From a virus (taxonomy: Duplodnaviria > Caudoviricetes), in the IMG/VR virus record IMGVR_UViG_3300028888_000001: a stretch of 64,000 bases of DNA. One strand, 5' to 3'. Positions 60,301 through 64,000 of this stretch are shown here, one piece after another. The position numbers were made by a program, and so were the translations under genes. Position 1 is the stretch's first letter, and every line of letters starts with the position of its first letter. The notes under the pieces were generated by a model that saw only the letters and a program-made list of their open reading frames with translations, had not been told where the DNA came from and made no database searches.

Positions 60301-62623
60301 TTACAGCGCCACCATATCCAGCAACGCCGTGACCTTTAAAATGAGTATAGACGATCATACTATCATAATTCTTTATATGAGCACCCACATTAATTTCTGA
60401 TAAATGTCTTCCTGGGGTGACGCATGATTCGTAACCAGGTTTTCCATTAGCTAGAGCTCTAAGTTCTTGATCTATTAGATATTTTTTAGGAACGCTAATA
60501 TCTATACCACCATCAGCATCCAGTATATCGATATATCCAAAATCAAAGCCATGTTCTCTAGCAGTATTTATATGATCTTGAGTTGTTCCTCTAGTAGAGC
60601 CCTCATAAGCAGTATTAGAATCAACTAAAGCACCGTTAGTGTATTTAACTAAGTCTTTAAGAAGATTAGGATTTAAGAAATTCTTATTGCCAGATTCGCC
60701 AAAATGTAATTTTATGGCAATTCTGTCTCCAAGATAATCTTGGAATAATGAAACCATATATGCTATAGTTTTAGAATCAATACTTGAAGAATAATACACT
60801 ATAGGCTTTTCTTTAGGATTATATGCTTCTTTAAGAAGTTTAATCCTATCTAGTATAGCAGATTCTCCATAACCAGTGTTAAAATTCCACTCGTTATCTT
60901 TAACAAGCTCCTCTTTATGATCTATCAGATATTTTAACGTTACTGGCTTATTGTTATAAAACATCGGATATACGTTTATATTTCTTTTTCCATCTGTGGT
61001 GTTATATTTTCTGATATTATGTATATGCCCATGAATATTCCACCAATCTTCTGGATACGTATCCATATTTACCGGTCTATGAGTAAACAGATAATTCCTC
61101 CAAGTAAAGTCTTCTAATACATAATCAAATCCACACTTTGTAAAGTAATCTTGTCCTAGCATCTTATCATGATTACCAAGAACAAAAATCTTATGACCAG
61201 CAATAGAAGCCATAAACTCTTGAGACTTTTTCTGATCTTCTTGGTTAGCATATCTAAAACTCAAATCACCAAGATATATAAACACATCTTCAGGCTTTAT
61301 ATTTTGCTTGCACCACTTAAGAATTTCTTGCGTGTTTACATAATTAGCCTCGTGCTTATAATGATTTTTGAAGAAATGCCAATCTGACGTTAGGAATATA
61401 CGATCTAACGGAGTGTTATCTAATAATGAAGTGATATCCGGTTTATATGATTCCATATCCGGCAATTCAAATTCTATTTCAGAAGATGACTTTTTAGTAT
61501 TCTTCAATGGATCATAAATATTGCCAGCATAAAGCTCGTCGTCTTCTATATCTAAACCAACATCAAAGGCTTCTAAATTAATAGATGCCTTATTTTTTTC
61601 TCCGTGCAACTTTAAGTCATCTCCTTTACTGTAAAATGCTCGCTCTAATGATTCATAATCTTTATTCATTAAATCATATACGATATTTTGAGTAAATAGT
61701 ACACTCCTCATCCCAATAAGGTTAGCCATTTCTATGCTAGGCTCTTGGTCATCTATAAGAATAGTATTATTTATACTGAGATTGTATCTATTCAATAGTC
61801 TATTTAAAAATTTATAATTTGGTTTGCTCATATTTTCTTTGAAAGAGAATAATCCTCCATCAAAATATTTATCTAAGAATTTAAATAAACCATTCATTCT
61901 ACAAATTTCATATGAGCTTCGAGTCCAGTTTGATAAATAATATAGTTTATAACCTTTAGACTTAAGGTTTTCCAGTAATGGTATAGTATAATCGAATAAT
62001 GTTTTGCTTCCAGAAGCAAAATCAAATAAGCTCTTTATAAACTCATAACTAAAACCATAAGAGTCCATAGCTTTAATATAGTTTCTAAGTGCTATATCAT
62101 ATGGTATACTATCATTATTATATACTATCTTATAATATATACTAAGATATTCTCTAAGCTGTTCTTCTGTAATTTTTAATTTTCTTAATAGAGACTCTGG
62201 ATTAGCTCTATTCTTGATTAAAACTCCACCTAGATCGAATATGATATTATAAATTCTATTATCATACTCATCCATAAAAGATTCATCGATTACATTTCTA
62301 TATTCCCATTCAAAGCCAGTTGTTCCATTATCAACAAATTTTATTTTCCCAAATTTCTTGACTCTTATAGTATCTATAAATTTAACTTTACCTTCGGTCA
62401 TACTATTTGGAAAGATTTTATTTTTGTCTATATCATAAAGAATATAAACAAATAATTCATCACCAACATAAATATTTCTGTATTCTTTTATAGCAAGCTC
62501 GACTGAAGTAAATAAATAATTATTACAATCTGTTGGCGATAATGTTAGATTTACACTATCTTTTGAAGATAGATAATAATATCTAAAAGTATCTACCCTA
62601 GATTCATGTGTGTTGGATAACAT
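57311..62623 (-). CDS. Multi-enzyme polyprotein: HAD / metallophosphoesterase / DUF362 / P-loop kinase / DUF6582-like / HAD
   Basis: IFDLGGVL; SDWH, GDLS, GNHD, HGHIH; KLHFGE, HFKGH..GGAVKN, CDC; GQSGSGKST; RSELPDSAFGIPEDRKFPL; IFDMGNVL. Confidence 0.85.
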   Translation of the reverse strand: MLSNTHESRVDTFRYYYLSSKDSVNLTLSPTDCNNYLFTSVELAIKEYRNIYVGDELFVYILYDIDKNKIFPNSMTEGKVKFIDTIRVKKFGKIKFVDNGTTGFEWEYRNVIDESFMDEYDNRIYNIIFDLGGVLIKNRANPESLLRKLKITEEQLREYLSIYYKIVYNNDSIPYDIALRNYIKAMDSYGFSYEFIKSLFDFASGSKTLFDYTIPLLENLKSKGYKLYYLSNWTRSSYEICRMNGLFKFLDKYFDGGLFSFKENMSKPNYKFLNRLLNRYNLSINNTILIDDQEPSIEMANLIGMRSVLFTQNIVYDLMNKDYESLERAFYSKGDDLKLHGEKNKASINLEAFDVGLDIEDDELYAGNIYDPLKNTKKSSSEIEFELPDMESYKPDITSLLDNTPLDRIFLTSDWHFFKNHYKHEANYVNTQEILKWCKQNIKPEDVFIYLGDLSFRYANQEDQKKSQEFMASIAGHKIFVLGNHDKMLGQDYFTKCGFDYVLEDFTWRNYLFTHRPVNMDTYPEDWWNIHGHIHNIRKYNTTDGKRNINVYPMFYNNKPVTLKYLIDHKEELVKDNEWNFNTGYGESAILDRIKLLKEAYNPKEKPIVYYSSSIDSKTIAYMVSLFQDYLGDRIAIKLHFGESGNKNFLNPNLLKDLVKYTNGALVDSNTAYEGSTRGTTQDHINTAREHGFDFGYIDILDADGGIDISVPKKYLIDQELRALANGKPGYESCVTPGRHLSEINVGAHIKNYDSMIVYTHFKGHGVAGYGGAVKNIGMGIPTGAKGKIQIHGEDWIRGPLFLERLVESASAIESMFDNRIVYVNVLQNLSTMCDCDKDAPKSTIPNIGVLVSTDILAIEQASLDFIRNAPGNKDLMEQISKLGGTHQIEYMKWLGMGSSNYILKNVEDNKTIKLEQVNDIIQEKTQSDEAALYLEASNNVSEGYIFNKDDIYYNKEKFDKGLTNICFITGQSGSGKSTMGRKYNNKAVVVELDDIIWNKEYHTIEDFKNEFGPLVSNFFTEPKYKKYYLTADELNDSKEFKTINYEESLINDFVNYTIEYAKKHKNTKFVLEGIWIYLFLKPEDLKNYAVYIKGTSMVVSLYRACKRDKQPEFLDPGMWFKGESKLKKFRKYFVDLMLKEESAILETKRSELPDSAFGIPEDRKFPLDSAKHVKSAIHLFGHAQEDKKKRLAKRIKAAAKKYDIKIPETTQCYKYLSEGAIISIIPDSVDTIIFDMGNVLVDAHSLKALIDNPDIPNELCEEIKDLIDKECFYSANSSETQQLNLQQIRVKLNDVAPDHIKPYVDSILATFREAMYVYPYVYDMLDMLRSKGYKLYYLSNWTKFSFEVEEPFFRPLLDKFDGGVFSFELGEIQKPNREMYTIFLNKYEIDPSRAIFFDDKQENVEAAISVGLNAYRFDKEETPNIIFGNQISIPENADDNILIAVNDEGFKSVPISAITWWYISEKKYPNEVDEELYYKSIDDCIRCMIERTMFNDDTLEITEYVFTNARAFTEPKTPPKLVPVGVINVTESGAYEWAVQYPLKLENNILYSSIKLKENSLASINPVIGIHKPFLIKVGDPRHPEKLLSDHYVYTNDMNLDRCLVVDDDGALKTEPTKDLNIIEAYEFIGNYAYIDRLNRYYKEGSKVFNIYTALTDKLMLTEDQIEFDPNFRKIEFNLIEQKVMSEMVTLRDSIIDCLGYKTFRAAFIESAITKKPKFVNKYRLNGEEIISIKEDFDGNYFYNNLTGKRSISVSSSSMLTEDMIRAII

Positions 62624-62658
62624 AATAGTCTCCTTATCTACAGTTATAGTTTAAAATT

Positions 62659-62670
62659 TATTTTAATGTC
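62659..62670 (-). promoter_or_regulatory. Putative late promoter of the polyprotein gene
   Basis: gaca-ttaaaa-taa on the minus strand. Confidence 0.65.
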
Positions 62671-62719
62671 GAGCAGACAATAATTTAGAGGAGGCTATTA
62701 AAGCCTCCCCATTTTATTT

Positions 62720-63379
62720 TTAACTCATACCGTCATCGCCATCTACAACACCATCATCTTGAATGGCTTCATCCGTCTCTGCATTTTCTATATTATAATC
62801 TGGCATTGCGTCAGCAATAAGCTCTTTGTCTTCTTCGCTCATCTCAGCTTCAGGAAGATCTTTCTTCTCAGTTGCTGATGCGTCTGGATTCACACCTTCA
62901 TAACCTTCATTTTCAAGTTTAGCTCTAGCTTCTTCATCGCTATAAGCGTCTACATCAAAATCAGGGTCTGGTTCATAATCCCATGGTTCTGTTTTCATTC
63001 TTACTTCTTCAACAGCATCACTGAGTTTGGTATAATAAACATCTACAAATCTCATGATCTGCTCATGAGTAATATCTGTATAGTTTAATCTACCATAGAA
63101 TAAATCTAATAGAAATTGTTTAATATCAAGATAATCTCTGTTGTCCCTAAAATCAGCCATTATATTTGTGATGAAATTTTCATATGACTGAACGAAATAA
63201 GTCTGATCACTTGTGCGCATTTCATTACTAAATATAGTTCTAGTAATAGAAATACAATGTCTAAGTAATCTTGCTCCTTTAGCTCTTAGCACTGTAGCGT
63301 TCTCTAGACAAATTCTTAGAAAATCGGACCCCCATGGAATTTCATCTTCAGGAATATTTCTATTAATAATATGAGCCAT
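62720..63379 (-). CDS. Hypothetical protein with acidic tail
   Basis: GGAGGT RBS. Confidence 0.8.
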   Translation of the reverse strand: MAHIINRNIPEDEIPWGSDFLRICLENATVLRAKGARLLRHCISITRTIFSNEMRTSDQTYFVQSYENFITNIMADFRDNRDYLDIKQFLLDLFYGRLNYTDITHEQIMRFVDVYYTKLSDAVEEVRMKTEPWDYEPDPDFDVDAYSDEEARAKLENEGYEGVNPDASATEKKDLPEAEMSEEDKELIADAMPDYNIENAETDEAIQDDGVVDGDDGMS

Positions 63380-63482
63380 AATACAGTACCTCCAAAAAAT
63401 ATTCTTTTAATATTTTGTAGAAAAAATAATAAATTAATATTAAACAGAGAGGAGTAGTAAAACACCCCTCTCTTTATGCTTA

Positions 63483-63800
63483 TCATTGTAAATCTTTTAA
63501 CCATATTGGCGAGCAATCATTCTTCATGCTATATTTAGCGATCTTCCCCATGATTTCTTCATCCACTATAGGAGCAGCTTCGTTTTCTGCTATATAAAAC
63601 TCATACCATCTATTCCTACATAAGTAGTATGGTAAATCATCAGGCTGAACTTTGTCTTCTCCAAGCTCATCTTCTTTTAATTCAGTTATCACCTCAGTGA
63701 CGATAAGAAGCAAGCCTTTGAGATTTTCTTTTGGATCAGTGCCTGAAGGATTTTTAGATAAGATAATTATATCGCCTACATCGAATAATGGAGTACTCAT
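63483..63800 (-). CDS. Small hypothetical protein (SH3-like FDVGD start)
   Basis: AGGAG RBS. Confidence 0.7.
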   Translation of the reverse strand: MSTPLFDVGDIIILSKNPSGTDPKENLKGLLLIVTEVITELKEDELGEDKVQPDDLPYYLCRNRWYEFYIAENEAAPIVDEEIMGKIAKYSMKNDCSPIWLKDLQ

Positions 63801-63815
63801 TTATTTACTTTCTCC

Positions 63816-64000
63816 TTAATTACTAATTGCGTAATAGTCTTTATTTTTATAAACTCTAGATTTTCTGCCTAAGTATGGCGTTCTAGTATAAGAGCTCTTA
63901 GTGAACTCATACCAAACCAAATTAGTTTGATATTTCTTAGCTAGATCTAAGCTATGCTGAGTACCAGTGCCATGACTTGCAGAATCTTTGAAACAAATAA
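63816..64000 (-). CDS. 3' end of a probable SLOG (DUF2493/YspA-like) protein; truncated by the window edge
   Basis: Manual translation ICFKDSASHGTGTQHSLDLAKKY resembles the SLOG C-terminal GT..M..A motif. Confidence 0.5.
   Translation of the reverse strand, partial: ICFKDSASHGTGTQHSLDLAKKYQTNLVWYEFTKSSYTRTPYLGRKSRVYKNKDYYAISN

Noticed and set aside
1-64000. Stop-codon reassignment
   Set aside because: Long genes are intact in the standard code; TAA, TAG and TGA all end genes that are followed by an RBS or terminator.
1-64000. tRNA or rRNA genes
   Set aside because: No cloverleaf, T-loop signature or rRNA-like segment was recognised in the intergenic regions by eye.

Overview
AT-rich (~30% GC), densely coding segment of a jumbo bacteriophage genome of the AR9/PBS1/phiKZ type (split multisubunit RNA polymerase). 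Strong GGAGG Shine-Dalgarno sites suggest a Firmicutes host, and the standard genetic code fits. It carries dTMP-synthesis genes (thyA, dut, folA), RNase H, a kinase-like protein, PolB-palm-like, FEN-like and PC4-like proteins, a large baseplate/tail-fibre region and holin-like genes. An RNAP beta'-N gene has its catalytic DFDGD motif split by a 402-nt ORF-less group I intron, with a free-standing HNH endonuclease gene directly upstream. Two promoter motifs can be read from the intergenic DNA: late (A/G/C)ACATT-N4-TAA, which resembles the AR9 late promoter, and early TATATATTAT. Together they divide the genes into structural and non-structural sets. A 1770-aa late protein strings together HAD, metallophosphoesterase, DUF362, P-loop kinase, DUF6582-like and a second HAD domain, with candidate prohead-protease sites in the linkers, suggesting a virion-packaged enzyme polyprotein. 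All family assignments come from motif recognition by eye; no searches were run.
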